DNA of 55,610 nt from Burkholderiales bacterium 28-67-8. Lineage in GTDB: Bacteria > Pseudomonadota > Gammaproteobacteria > Burkholderiales > Burkholderiaceae_C. Made by a program: the position numbers and the translations under genes. The stretch's first letter is position 1; the number at the start of each line of letters is the position of its first letter. The notes below the pieces were generated by a model. It was not told the DNA's origin. It worked only from the letters and a program-made list of their open reading frames with translations, and searched no databases. Positions 7,688 to 16,553 of the stretch are shown here, in pieces. The stretch is taken from contig NCFZ01000001.1 of assembly GCA_002281415.1 (NCBI GenBank), positions 1 to 55,610 on the forward strand, read 5' to 3'.

Positions 7688-8158
7688 ATGATCCTTGCAC
7701 TTCGCCCAACCTACAGCGCCAAGCCGAGATCTGGCCTGACGCTGGGCGTTGGGCGTCGGATCGCCCAGTTCCTACGTTGGGCGCTGGTGCTCCTGCTGGT
7801 TGCGGACATCGTTGGCACGCCGCTGCACCGCCATCATCACGATTCCGGCATCGACGGCAGTGCGGTCCACGCGCAACTTGCGGAACCCCAGCACGCCGCG
7901 CACCACGCCGAAGAAGATCACCACGAGCTCGACTTCGTTCATGCGGTCACGACGGTGCGCGCCGAGTCGCGTGCCTCGGCACCCGACGCGTTCGCTGATG
8001 GCGATTTCCTGGTCGTCGCGCTTGTCTCGTCCTGGCCATCGCCGGGATTGATTCCGGCACCCATTGCACGCCTGCCGTGGAATGACGCCGGCACGACCCT
8101 TCCTCCACTCCACAGAAGCCTGCCCCCGGCAGGCCGCGCGCCGCCGTTGCGCGCCTGA
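7688..8158 (+). CDS. His-rich membrane-anchored hypothetical protein (CzcI/DUF2946-like position and C-terminus)
   Basis: ATG start and one hydrophobic segment (WALVLLLVADIV). It has 11 His in about 43 aa (PLHRHHHDSG...HAAHHAEEDHHELDFVH) and a C-terminal PPAGRAPP motif. It sits directly before the RND adaptor gene. The coding status is not proven. Confidence 0.45.
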   Translation: MILALRPTYSAKPRSGLTLGVGRRIAQFLRWALVLLLVADIVGTPLHRHHHDSGIDGSAVHAQLAEPQHAAHHAEEDHHELDFVHAVTTVRAESRASAPDAFADGDFLVVALVSSWPSPGLIPAPIARLPWNDAGTTLPPLHRSLPPAGRAPPLRA

Positions 8159-8227
8159 ACAGCCGCCCAGCCGACTATTCAGCGGCTCGCCCCAACGACG
8201 GCCGAGCCGGTACCCCGTGGAGTTTTC

Positions 8228-9352
8228 ATGTCTCATCGCCTCACCCGGCGCGCGCTGCTGCGTTGCGCCCAGGGCCTGTTCGCCCTGACTGCTGCCTGCA
8301 CAGCGTCCGCCCAGAAGTCCAACGACTTTGCCGTCACGCCCGCCCAGATGCAGTCGCTGGGGGTGCGCTTGTTGAAGCTCGAGCAGCCAGCGGCCATCGG
8401 CGGCCAGGCCTTCCCCGCCCGGGTGGTGCTGCCACCCAGCCAGGAATACGTGCTCAGCGCACCGCTTGCCGGCGTGGTCGATCAGTTGCTCGTCAGCGAG
8501 AACGACACCGTCCAGGCCGGCCAAGCACTGCTGCGCCTGGTCAGCCCCGAACTGGGCGAGCTGCAGCTCAAGCTGAGCGAGGCGGCCTCGAAGGGACGGC
8601 TCTCTCAAGCAACGCTCAAGCGCGAGCAGATGCTGTTCGCGGACGGCATCGTCCCACAGCGCCGTGTGCAGGAGGCGGAATCCACGGCCGCTGAGGATCA
8701 GGCCCGACAGCGACACGCCGAGGCGGCGCTGCGCCTGGCCGGCATGGACGCCGCCGCCATCAAGCGCGTGGCCGAGGGCGGCGCGATGCAGGATGCACTC
8801 GTGCTGCGTGCACGCGCGCCCGGCGTCGTGGTCAAGCTCGAAGCCAAGCCCGGCTTGCGGGCGCAGGGTGCCGACGCCCTGGTCCGCATCGCCGATACGC
8901 GCAAGCTGTGGCTCGACATCCAGGTGCCGGTGGACCGCCAGGCGCAGATCGCCACCAAGGGCGCTTCGGTCACCGGGGTCGATCGGGAAGTGACGGCCAC
9001 GCCGCTGGGCTTCGGCGCCACGGTCAGCGACAGCCAGACCGTGATGCTGCGGGCACAGGTCACGCGCGGTGCCCAGACATTGCGCCTGGGCGAGTTCGTC
9101 CAGGTGCGCGTGCCGTTTGCCAGTACCGAAGAAGGCTGGCCGGTGCCGGTTCCGGCAGTCGTGCGGCAGGACGACAAGGCCTATGTCTTCGTTCGCACTG
9201 AACAGGGGTTCACCGCCTTGCCGGTGACAGTGCTCGACAGCGCCGGCCAGTCGGTGCGCGTCAAGGGCGCGCTGCGCGCCGGGCAGGAGATTGCCATCGG
9301 CTCGGTCATCGCGCTGAAGTCAGCCTGGCTTGGCAAGGGCGGGAGCAACTGA
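8228..9352 (+). CDS. Efflux RND periplasmic adaptor (MFP) subunit
   Basis: Signal/anchor sequence, coiled-coil hairpin, and beta-barrel C-terminus (FVQVRVPF...KAYVFV). The pump gene follows immediately. Confidence 0.85.
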   Translation: MSHRLTRRALLRCAQGLFALTAACTASAQKSNDFAVTPAQMQSLGVRLLKLEQPAAIGGQAFPARVVLPPSQEYVLSAPLAGVVDQLLVSENDTVQAGQALLRLVSPELGELQLKLSEAASKGRLSQATLKREQMLFADGIVPQRRVQEAESTAAEDQARQRHAEAALRLAGMDAAAIKRVAEGGAMQDALVLRARAPGVVVKLEAKPGLRAQGADALVRIADTRKLWLDIQVPVDRQAQIATKGASVTGVDREVTATPLGFGATVSDSQTVMLRAQVTRGAQTLRLGEFVQVRVPFASTEEGWPVPVPAVVRQDDKAYVFVRTEQGFTALPVTVLDSAGQSVRVKGALRAGQEIAIGSVIALKSAWLGKGGSN

Positions 9353-9353
9353 C

Positions 9354-12300
9354 ATGCTGGCCCGCCTGGTTCAATTCGCGCTGGCACAGCGCCTCTTCGT
9401 GCTGATCGCCGGCCTGGTGTTGATGGCCGCCGGCTGGCTGGCCTTCAAGGACCTGCCGATCGACGCGTTCCCCGACGTGTCGAGCACACAGGTCAAGATC
9501 ATCATGAAAGCCCCGGGCATGACGCCCGAGGAGGTCGAGAGCCGCATCGCGCTGCCCATCGAGGTGGAGATGCTGGGCATCCCCAAGCAGCGCATGCTGC
9601 GCTCCGTGTCGAAGTACGGCATCGTCGACGTGACGATCGACTTCGATGACGGTACGGACATCTACTGGGCGCGCCAGCAGGTGGCCGAGCGCTTGTCCGG
9701 CATCGCCGGCGACCTGCCCGGCGGCATCAGCGGCGGCATGGCGCCCATCACCACGCCGCTGGGCGAGATGTTCATGTTCACCGTGGAAGGTGAAGGACTC
9801 ACGCTGGAGGAGCGTCGCAGCCTGCTGGACTGGGTGATCCGCCCTGCCCTGCGCTCGGTCGTCGGCGTGGCCGATGTCAATGCCCTGGGCGGCAAGGTGC
9901 GCAGCTTCGAGGTGCTGCCCGACCCGGTCAAGCTTTCGGCAGTCGGCTTGTCGACGGCACAAATCAAAGCGGCCATCGAAGCCAACAACCGCAACGACGG
10001 CGCCGGCCGGCTGGGTGAAGGCGATGAGGTCCTTCTGGTGCGCACCGAGGGCAGCATCCAGACGCAGGACGATCTGCGCGCCATCGTCGTCAAGAACGAC
10101 AAGGGCATGGCCGTGCGCCTGGGCGATGTAGCGCAGGTGCGTGAAGGCAGCGTCACCCGCTACGGCGTGGTCACCAAGGACGGCCGCGGCGAGGCGGTTG
10201 AAGGGCTGGTGCTCGGCCTGGCCGGCGCCAACGCGCAGAAGGTCGTCGAGGGCGTGACGAAGAAGCTCGAAGACATCAAGCCGACCTTGCCCAAGGGCGT
10301 GGAGATCAAGGTCTTCTACAACCGTGCCACGCTCGTCGAAAAAGCGGTCGGTACGGTATCGAAGGCGCTGATGGAAGCCACCGTGCTGGTGCTCGTGCTG
10401 CTGGGCGCGTTCCTCGGCAACCTGCGTGCGGCCGTCACGGTGGCGATGGTGCTGCCGCTGTCGGCGCTGGCCACCTTCATCCTGATGCGCACGACGGGCA
10501 TGTCGGCCAACCTGATGAGCCTGGGCGGCCTGGCCATCGCGCTGGGCATGCTGGTCGATGCCGCGGTGGTGGTCGTGGAAAACGTCGTTCAGCACCTGAG
10601 CCACGACAAGGCTTCGGAGAAGCTGCCGCGCCTGCACGTCGTGTTCCGCGCGGTGCGCGAGGTGGCTGCACCGGTGGCCGCCGGCATGTTGATCATCATC
10701 GTCGTCTTCCTGCCGCTGCTCACGCTGCAGGGGCTGGAAGGCAAGTTCTTTGTGCCCGTGGCACTGACGATCGTCTTCGCGCTGATCAGCTCGCTGGTGT
10801 TGTCGCTCACCGTCATCCCGGTGCTGGCTTCATACCTGCTGAAGAAGGTCAGCCATGAAGACCCCTGGCTGCCGCGCCAGCTGCTGAAGCTGTACGAGCC
10901 GACGCTGGCTTTCGCGCTCAAGCGCCAGACGGTGGTGTACGTGGTGGCCGGCGTGATGCTGGCCGTTGCTGCCGGCGTGTACACCCAGGTCGGCAAGACC
11001 TTCATGCCGACCATGGACGAGGGCGACATCATCGTCGGCATCGAGAAGCTGCCGTCGGTGAGCCTGGAGGAGACCGCTGCACTCGACCTGAAGATCCACC
11101 AGGCGCTGATGAAGGAGATTCCCGAGATCACCGGCGTGGTGGCCCGTGCCGGTTCCGACGAGATCGGCCTCGATCCGATGGGCTTGAACCAGACCGACAC
11201 CTTCCTGGTGCTCAAGCCGCGCGAGGCCTGGCAGGTCCAGAGCAAGGAAGCGCTGATGGACAAGATCCGCGGCGTGCTCGACCAGATGCCCGGCGTGGCC
11301 TACAGCTTCACCCAGCCGATCGACATGCGCGTGTCGGAGATGATCATCGGCGTGCGCGGCGACGTGGCGATCAAGGTCTTCGGGCCCGACCTGACCACGC
11401 TGAACGATCTGGCCGGCCAGATCGAGAAGCTGATGAAGACGGTGCCGGGCAACCAGGACGTCTACACGGTCGAGAACGACGGCGTGCAGTACCTGCGGGT
11501 GGTGGTGGACCGGCTGGCGGCGGGCCGCTACGGCCTGTCGGTCGAGGATGTTCAGGACGCGCTGCGCGTGCAGATCGAAGGCCAGCGGGCCGGCACGGTG
11601 ATCGCCGGCGGCAAGCGCATCCCGATCCTGCTGCGCGGGCCTGATGGCGTGCGTGTGTCGCCGGCGGACTTTGCGGCGCTGCGAATCAGCACGGCCGACG
11701 GGCAGAGCGTGCCGCTGCAGTCGCTGGCCAAGCTGGAACGCGACAGCGGCCCGGTGAAGATCGAACGTGAACTGGGCAGCCGCTACAGCGTGGTGATTGC
11801 CAACGTCACCGGCCGTGACCTGGTCGGCTTCGTCGAGGAGGCGCGTGCCAAGGTGGCGCAGGAGGTCAAGCTGCCCACCGGGTACCGGGTGGCCTGGGGC
11901 GGGCAGTTCGAGAACCAGCAGCGTGCCGCGGCGAGGTTGATCCTGGTCGTGCCCGCGTCACTGGGCTTCATCTTCGTCATCCTGTTCTCGACCTTCGGCT
12001 CGGTGCGCCAGGCCCTGCTGGTGCTGTCGAACATCCCGTTTGCACTGGTCGGCGGCATCGTGGCGCTGTGGGCCACCGGTGAGTACCTGTCGGTACCGGC
12101 CTCGGTGGGCTTTATCGCGCTGCTGGGCATCGCGGTGCTCAACGGTGTGGTGCTGGTGAGCTACTTCAACCAGCTGCATGCCGAAGGCTTGTCGCTGCTG
12201 GACAGCGTGACCCAGGGCGCCAAGCGGCGGTTACGGCCGGTGCTGATGACGGCGGCGATCACGGCCTTCGGCCTGATCCCACTGCTGTTTGCCACCGGGC

Positions 12301-12458
12301 CCGGCTCCGAGATCCAGCGGCCGCTGGCCATCGTCGTCATCGGCGGGCTCATCACGGCCACCGCGCTGACGCTGATCCTGCTGCCCATCCTGTACCTGCG
12401 CTTCGCCCATCCGAAGCCTGGCGCGGCCATGGCCGCACTGGAGATGAACCATGTCTGA
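9354..12458 (+). CDS. Heavy-metal efflux RND pump, CusA-like (monovalent-type TM4 motif)
   Basis: 1034 aa with 12 TM segments. TM4 reads SLGGLAIALGMLVDAAVVVVEN, which resembles CusA (AIAVGAMVDAAIVMIEN) rather than CzcA (DFG..DGA). ATG 9354 lies 1 nt after the adaptor stop. Confidence 0.9.
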   Translation: MLARLVQFALAQRLFVLIAGLVLMAAGWLAFKDLPIDAFPDVSSTQVKIIMKAPGMTPEEVESRIALPIEVEMLGIPKQRMLRSVSKYGIVDVTIDFDDGTDIYWARQQVAERLSGIAGDLPGGISGGMAPITTPLGEMFMFTVEGEGLTLEERRSLLDWVIRPALRSVVGVADVNALGGKVRSFEVLPDPVKLSAVGLSTAQIKAAIEANNRNDGAGRLGEGDEVLLVRTEGSIQTQDDLRAIVVKNDKGMAVRLGDVAQVREGSVTRYGVVTKDGRGEAVEGLVLGLAGANAQKVVEGVTKKLEDIKPTLPKGVEIKVFYNRATLVEKAVGTVSKALMEATVLVLVLLGAFLGNLRAAVTVAMVLPLSALATFILMRTTGMSANLMSLGGLAIALGMLVDAAVVVVENVVQHLSHDKASEKLPRLHVVFRAVREVAAPVAAGMLIIIVVFLPLLTLQGLEGKFFVPVALTIVFALISSLVLSLTVIPVLASYLLKKVSHEDPWLPRQLLKLYEPTLAFALKRQTVVYVVAGVMLAVAAGVYTQVGKTFMPTMDEGDIIVGIEKLPSVSLEETAALDLKIHQALMKEIPEITGVVARAGSDEIGLDPMGLNQTDTFLVLKPREAWQVQSKEALMDKIRGVLDQMPGVAYSFTQPIDMRVSEMIIGVRGDVAIKVFGPDLTTLNDLAGQIEKLMKTVPGNQDVYTVENDGVQYLRVVVDRLAAGRYGLSVEDVQDALRVQIEGQRAGTVIAGGKRIPILLRGPDGVRVSPADFAALRISTADGQSVPLQSLAKLERDSGPVKIERELGSRYSVVIANVTGRDLVGFVEEARAKVAQEVKLPTGYRVAWGGQFENQQRAAARLILVVPASLGFIFVILFSTFGSVRQALLVLSNIPFALVGGIVALWATGEYLSVPASVGFIALLGIAVLNGVVLVSYFNQLHAEGLSLLDSVTQGAKRRLRPVLMTAAITAFGLIPLLFATGPGSEIQRPLAIVVIGGLITATALTLILLPILYLRFAHPKPGAAMAALEMNHV

Positions 12459-12753
12459 GTTTTGTCTGGTACTCGTGTGCCCACCCTCGATCGAAGAGAA
12501 ATTGCTCGATGCGCTGCTCGTCAGCGCGGGCAACGAGATCTTCACGAGCACGCCCACCTACAGCCATGGCACGGCCCACGGCCGCATGGCCAACCTGGAA
12601 CAGGTGATGGGGCGCAGCCACTCGGTGAGGGTCGAGATCCTGCTCACCGGAGAAGAGATGACCCAGCTTCTGCAGACCCTGCGCGAGTCGTTCAAGGGCA
12701 CTGGCCTGCGTTACTGGGCCTGGCCCCTGGCCGCCGAAGGAGAAATTGCATGA
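12451..12753 (+). CDS. DUF3240 family protein
   Basis: 100 aa starting MSEFCLVLVCPPSIEEKLLDALL, with RVEILLTGEEM further on, as in the small DUF3240 proteins inserted in RND operons. It overlaps the pump gene by 8 nt and the OMF gene by ATGA. Confidence 0.7.
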   Translation: MSEFCLVLVCPPSIEEKLLDALLVSAGNEIFTSTPTYSHGTAHGRMANLEQVMGRSHSVRVEILLTGEEMTQLLQTLRESFKGTGLRYWAWPLAAEGEIA

Positions 12754-13997
12754 AGCACTGGATTGCAGCAGCCGGGCTGGCGCTCGCCCTGCCGCTGAGC
12801 TGGAACGCGCACGCCGCAGGCGTGGCCACCCCACCTGACCTGCCGGCGACCGAGCAGGCGCGTGCAGCCATCGACCAGGACCCGGCGGTCAACCAGGCCC
12901 GGCATGGTGTGCAGGCGGCCACGCACTCCGCCGCAATGCTGGAGGCTTCGCCCTACGAGTGGACGGCCAGCACAACGGCCCAGCGGCGACGCGTGGACGG
13001 CAGCGGCGCGTCCAACGAGTGGTCAGTGCAGTTGGAGCGCACCGTGCGCATCGGCGGCAAGGCCGCCCTGGATCGCGACCTGGGCGAGGCCGGTCGCAGG
13101 CTGTCGACCGCGCAACTCGGCGCGGTGCGGAACGAGGCTGCGCGCCAGTTGCTCGATCTCTGGCTGGACTGGCTGGCTGCGCGTCAGGCCCGGGAGGGCT
13201 TGCTGGAGCAGGTCAGGTTTGCGGAAGCGAACATCAGCGCTGTCGAGAAGCGGCGCAAGGCGGGCGATGCCTCGATGCTGGAACTCAATGTCGCCAAAGG
13301 CGACCTCGCCGAAGTGCAGCGCCAGGTCAGTGCCCTGGCTGCGGCCGAAGCCAAGGCTCAGGCGACGCTGCGGGTCCGCTACCCGCAGTTGCCGCTGGAA
13401 GCACGGGCCCTGTCAGAGCCGCTGCCGCCGGAGCGCAACGAGGGGCAATGGCGCGAACAGATCGCCTCAGGCAGTGATTCGCTGCGCGCCGCGCAACAGG
13501 CGCTGCGCAAGGCTGAACTGACGGCGGCCCGAGCGCGGGCTGACCGCATGCCTGATCCCACCGTGGGTGTCTTCACCTCGTCGGAAGCCTTCCGCAGTGA
13601 GCGAGTCATCGGTCTGAGCCTGAGCATCCCGCTGGGCGGAACCTACCGGGAACAGGGCGCGCGCGAGGCATTGCAGCAGGTCGAAATCGCCCGCGCCGGC
13701 GTCGAACGCCAGCAGCGCGACCTGGACGTACAGGTCGCGGTCCAGGTCGGCGAGGCAACCAGCAGCTTCGAGCGCTGGCAACTGGCTGAGCGCTCGGCCA
13801 CCGTGGCGCAGGAGTCGGCACGTCTGACCCAGCGCGCCTTCACACTGGGCGAAGCCGACTTGCAGGCCTTGCTGCTGGTGCGGCGCCAGGCCGTGGACGC
13901 GGTCAACGCCGCAGTGGCGGCACGCGTCGATGCCCTGCGCTCCCGCTACCGACTGCTCGTCGATGCGCGGCTGATTTGGAGCCTCGATGAGAACTGA
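12750..13997 (+). CDS. TolC/CzcC-family outer membrane efflux protein
   Basis: Signal peptide MKHWIAAAGLALALPLSWNAHA followed by two repeats of the OEP helical pattern. It is the internal start of track ORF 12462..13997. Confidence 0.85.
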   Translation: MKHWIAAAGLALALPLSWNAHAAGVATPPDLPATEQARAAIDQDPAVNQARHGVQAATHSAAMLEASPYEWTASTTAQRRRVDGSGASNEWSVQLERTVRIGGKAALDRDLGEAGRRLSTAQLGAVRNEAARQLLDLWLDWLAARQAREGLLEQVRFAEANISAVEKRRKAGDASMLELNVAKGDLAEVQRQVSALAAAEAKAQATLRVRYPQLPLEARALSEPLPPERNEGQWREQIASGSDSLRAAQQALRKAELTAARARADRMPDPTVGVFTSSEAFRSERVIGLSLSIPLGGTYREQGAREALQQVEIARAGVERQQRDLDVQVAVQVGEATSSFERWQLAERSATVAQESARLTQRAFTLGEADLQALLLVRRQAVDAVNAAVAARVDALRSRYRLLVDARLIWSLDEN

Positions 13998-14018
13998 TCC
14001 TGCGGCGAAAGCCCGCGC

Positions 14019-15935
14019 ATGACCGCGACGCCCTCCCCCGCTCAACCTGCCGCCGCTGCATCGGGCTGGGGCGCGCTGATGACGCGCGAGCGCTGGATCG
14101 AAGTCGGCCGCATAGCGCTCACGGGCCTGGCCGCTGCGCTGTACTGGAAGCAGGCGGTACCCATCGCGGTGCTGTGGGCGGCGGTGGCCCTCGGCCTCTA
14201 CCCGCTGGTCAAAACCGGCCTGCTCGATCTGCTGCGCGAACGAAAGATCGGCACCGAGATCTTCGTGACGATCGCGACTTTGGTGGCAATGGTCGGCGGC
14301 GAAACCGTGGCCGGCGCGGTGCTGATGGTGATCATCCTGATCGCAGAGTTCATCGCTGAGCTGAACACCGACCGGGCGCGGGCGTCGATCAAGTCCTTGA
14401 TCGGCTCGGTGCCGCAGGTGGCGCTGCGGCGCGGAGAGGGCAGCGAGGGCGATGAACGCAGCGTGCCGGTGGCTGAGTTGCGCGTTGGCGACGTGGTGCT
14501 GGTGCGGGCAGGCGAGAAGGTGCCGGTCGACGGCAGCGTCATCGGCGGTCAGGGCGCCGTCAACGAAGCATCCATCACGGGCGAGAGCCTGCCGAAGGAC
14601 AAGCAGGTCGGCTCGACCGTCTTCGCCGGCACGGTGCTGGCCAGCGGCGCGCTCGACGTGCGCACCGACAAGCTCGGCGCCGACACGATGTTCGCACGCA
14701 TCATCACCCTCGTCGAAGACGCCGAGGCGCATCAGGCGCCGGTGCAGAAGCTGGCCGACCGCGTCGCTGCCTGGTTGATCCCGGTGGTGCTCGTGTTCCT
14801 GGTGGGGGTCTGGCTGGTCACGCGCGACATCCGGACCGTCGTCACGCTGCTGATCTTCACCTCGCCGGCCGAACTCGGACTGGCCACGCCGCTGGTGATG
14901 ATCGCTGCGGTGGCACGCGCGGCGCGCAATGGCATCCTCATCAAGGGCGGGCTGTACCTGGAACTGCTGGCGAAGGTCGACGTGGTGGTATTCGACAAGA
15001 CCGGCACGCTGACCGCCAACCGGCCTGCCGTGGTGAGCGTCTCGACGCAGGACGCCGCCATCGACGAACGCCAGCTGATGCGGCTGGCTGCCGCTGCCGA
15101 CCGGCGGTCGGCGCACCCGCTGGCGCAAGCCGTCGTGGCGCATGCTGCGGTACTCGGCATCGAGGTGCCCGAGCCGCAGCAGTACGAACAGATCCAGGCG
15201 CGCGGGGTGAAGGCGACGGTGGAAGGCCGCGCGGTACTGGTCGGCAATCCGGCGCTGCTGAGTGAGGCCGGCGTCGCGCTGCCTGCCGCCAGGGTGGAAG
15301 GGAACGCTGCGGGCATCGGCAGCAGCACGCCGGTGCACGTGGCCGTGGACGGCCGCTTTGCCGGCATCGTGCACATCGCCGACGCCGTGCGCCCGGGGGC
15401 GCGCGAGGCGCTGGCGGCGCTAAGGGCCACGGGTGTCAAGCGCACGGTGATGCTCACCGGCGACAACGCCGCCACCGCGCACGCGGTCGCTCAGCAACTG
15501 GGCATCGGCGAGGTGCACGCCGAGCTGCTGCCCGAGGACAAGGTGGGTGTCATCGCCGAGCTGCAGAAGCAGGGCCACAGCGTGGCCATGGTCGGCGACG
15601 GCATCAACGACGCGCCCGCCCTGGCGCGTGCCGATGTCGGCATCGCCATGGGCGGTGGCGGCACGCAGGCTGCGCTGGAGGCCGCCGATGTGGCGCTGAT
15701 GACCGACGATCTGGCCAAGATCGGCGCCGCCCGCGCCATCGCCCGCCGCGCCTACCGCACGGTGCAGGAAAACCTGTTTGTCGGCGTGGGGGTTGTGCAC
15801 GTGCTGGGCATTGCCGCCGCGCTGATGGGTTGGATCGGTCCGATCGAGGCCGCGATCATCCACCTCGGGCCCGATGTGCTGGTGTTCGTCAACTCGGTGA
15901 AGCTGCTGCGGGTGCGTATCCCGGGTGCCACGTGA
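14019..15935 (+). CDS. P1B-type ATPase lacking an N-terminal metal-binding domain and lacking the TM Cys motif
   Basis: DKTGT, HPLAQA, MLTGDN and GDGINDAPAL are all intact. The TM motif reads TSPAELGLATP (S282-P-A-E285, nt 14862-14873) where CPC or SPC is expected. The last helix reads IIHLGPDVLVFVNS. Confidence 0.85.
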   Translation: MTATPSPAQPAAAASGWGALMTRERWIEVGRIALTGLAAALYWKQAVPIAVLWAAVALGLYPLVKTGLLDLLRERKIGTEIFVTIATLVAMVGGETVAGAVLMVIILIAEFIAELNTDRARASIKSLIGSVPQVALRRGEGSEGDERSVPVAELRVGDVVLVRAGEKVPVDGSVIGGQGAVNEASITGESLPKDKQVGSTVFAGTVLASGALDVRTDKLGADTMFARIITLVEDAEAHQAPVQKLADRVAAWLIPVVLVFLVGVWLVTRDIRTVVTLLIFTSPAELGLATPLVMIAAVARAARNGILIKGGLYLELLAKVDVVVFDKTGTLTANRPAVVSVSTQDAAIDERQLMRLAAAADRRSAHPLAQAVVAHAAVLGIEVPEPQQYEQIQARGVKATVEGRAVLVGNPALLSEAGVALPAARVEGNAAGIGSSTPVHVAVDGRFAGIVHIADAVRPGAREALAALRATGVKRTVMLTGDNAATAHAVAQQLGIGEVHAELLPEDKVGVIAELQKQGHSVAMVGDGINDAPALARADVGIAMGGGGTQAALEAADVALMTDDLAKIGAARAIARRAYRTVQENLFVGVGVVHVLGIAAALMGWIGPIEAAIIHLGPDVLVFVNSVKLLRVRIPGAT

Positions 15936-15996
15936 GCCGCGGCAAACCACTTCTCAAGCGCTGATCTCTTTCATTTCCAAGCTCGGAGACACCTTC

Positions 15997-16533
15997 ATGA
16001 AGTCGATTCGTCCCCACCTGTTCGCTCTCGTCGCGGGCGCCGCGCTGCTGGCTGGCTGCGCCACTCCGCCGCCGCCGGACCCGGCGGCGGAACTGTCTTA
16101 CTGCTACAAGACCAACAAGGGACGCGTGATCGCGTGCACCCAGGCGCCGGCACCAAGCCTGAACGCCGACGCCGACGCGAAGCGGTTCACACCCGATCCG
16201 AACGCGCTTACCGTGTATGTCGTGCGCCGCAACTGGGGCGACGGCCGTCACTTCATCAAGGTGCAGGCGGACGGCGGCGCCGCGGTGGAGACGCTGCCCA
16301 ACACGATGGTGCGGATGAAGCTCAAGCCGGGTCGGCACACGATCGGCTTCGAATTCGAAGGACGAAGCCAGACCACGACCGTCGATGGCAAGGCTGGTGA
16401 CGTGCGCTTTGTGCGTATCGACGGCATGGTGTGGTCCTGGAAGAGCACGTTCGAATGGGTCGCCGAGCCCGAGGCCGCGATTCGCGAGCGTGCGCTCAAG
16501 GCGCGGCTGGTGGCCGACGTGGCTGCACGCTGA
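15997..16533 (+). CDS. DUF2846-like lipoprotein
   Basis: Lipobox LLAGC after MKSIRPHLFALVAGAA. The beta-rich body (LTVYVVRRNWGDG...KLKPGRHTIGFEF) fits DUF2846. GGAG RBS. Confidence 0.6.
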   Translation: MKSIRPHLFALVAGAALLAGCATPPPPDPAAELSYCYKTNKGRVIACTQAPAPSLNADADAKRFTPDPNALTVYVVRRNWGDGRHFIKVQADGGAAVETLPNTMVRMKLKPGRHTIGFEFEGRSQTTTVDGKAGDVRFVRIDGMVWSWKSTFEWVAEPEAAIRERALKARLVADVAAR

Positions 16534-16553
16534 GCCGGGGAGATACTGGCGGG

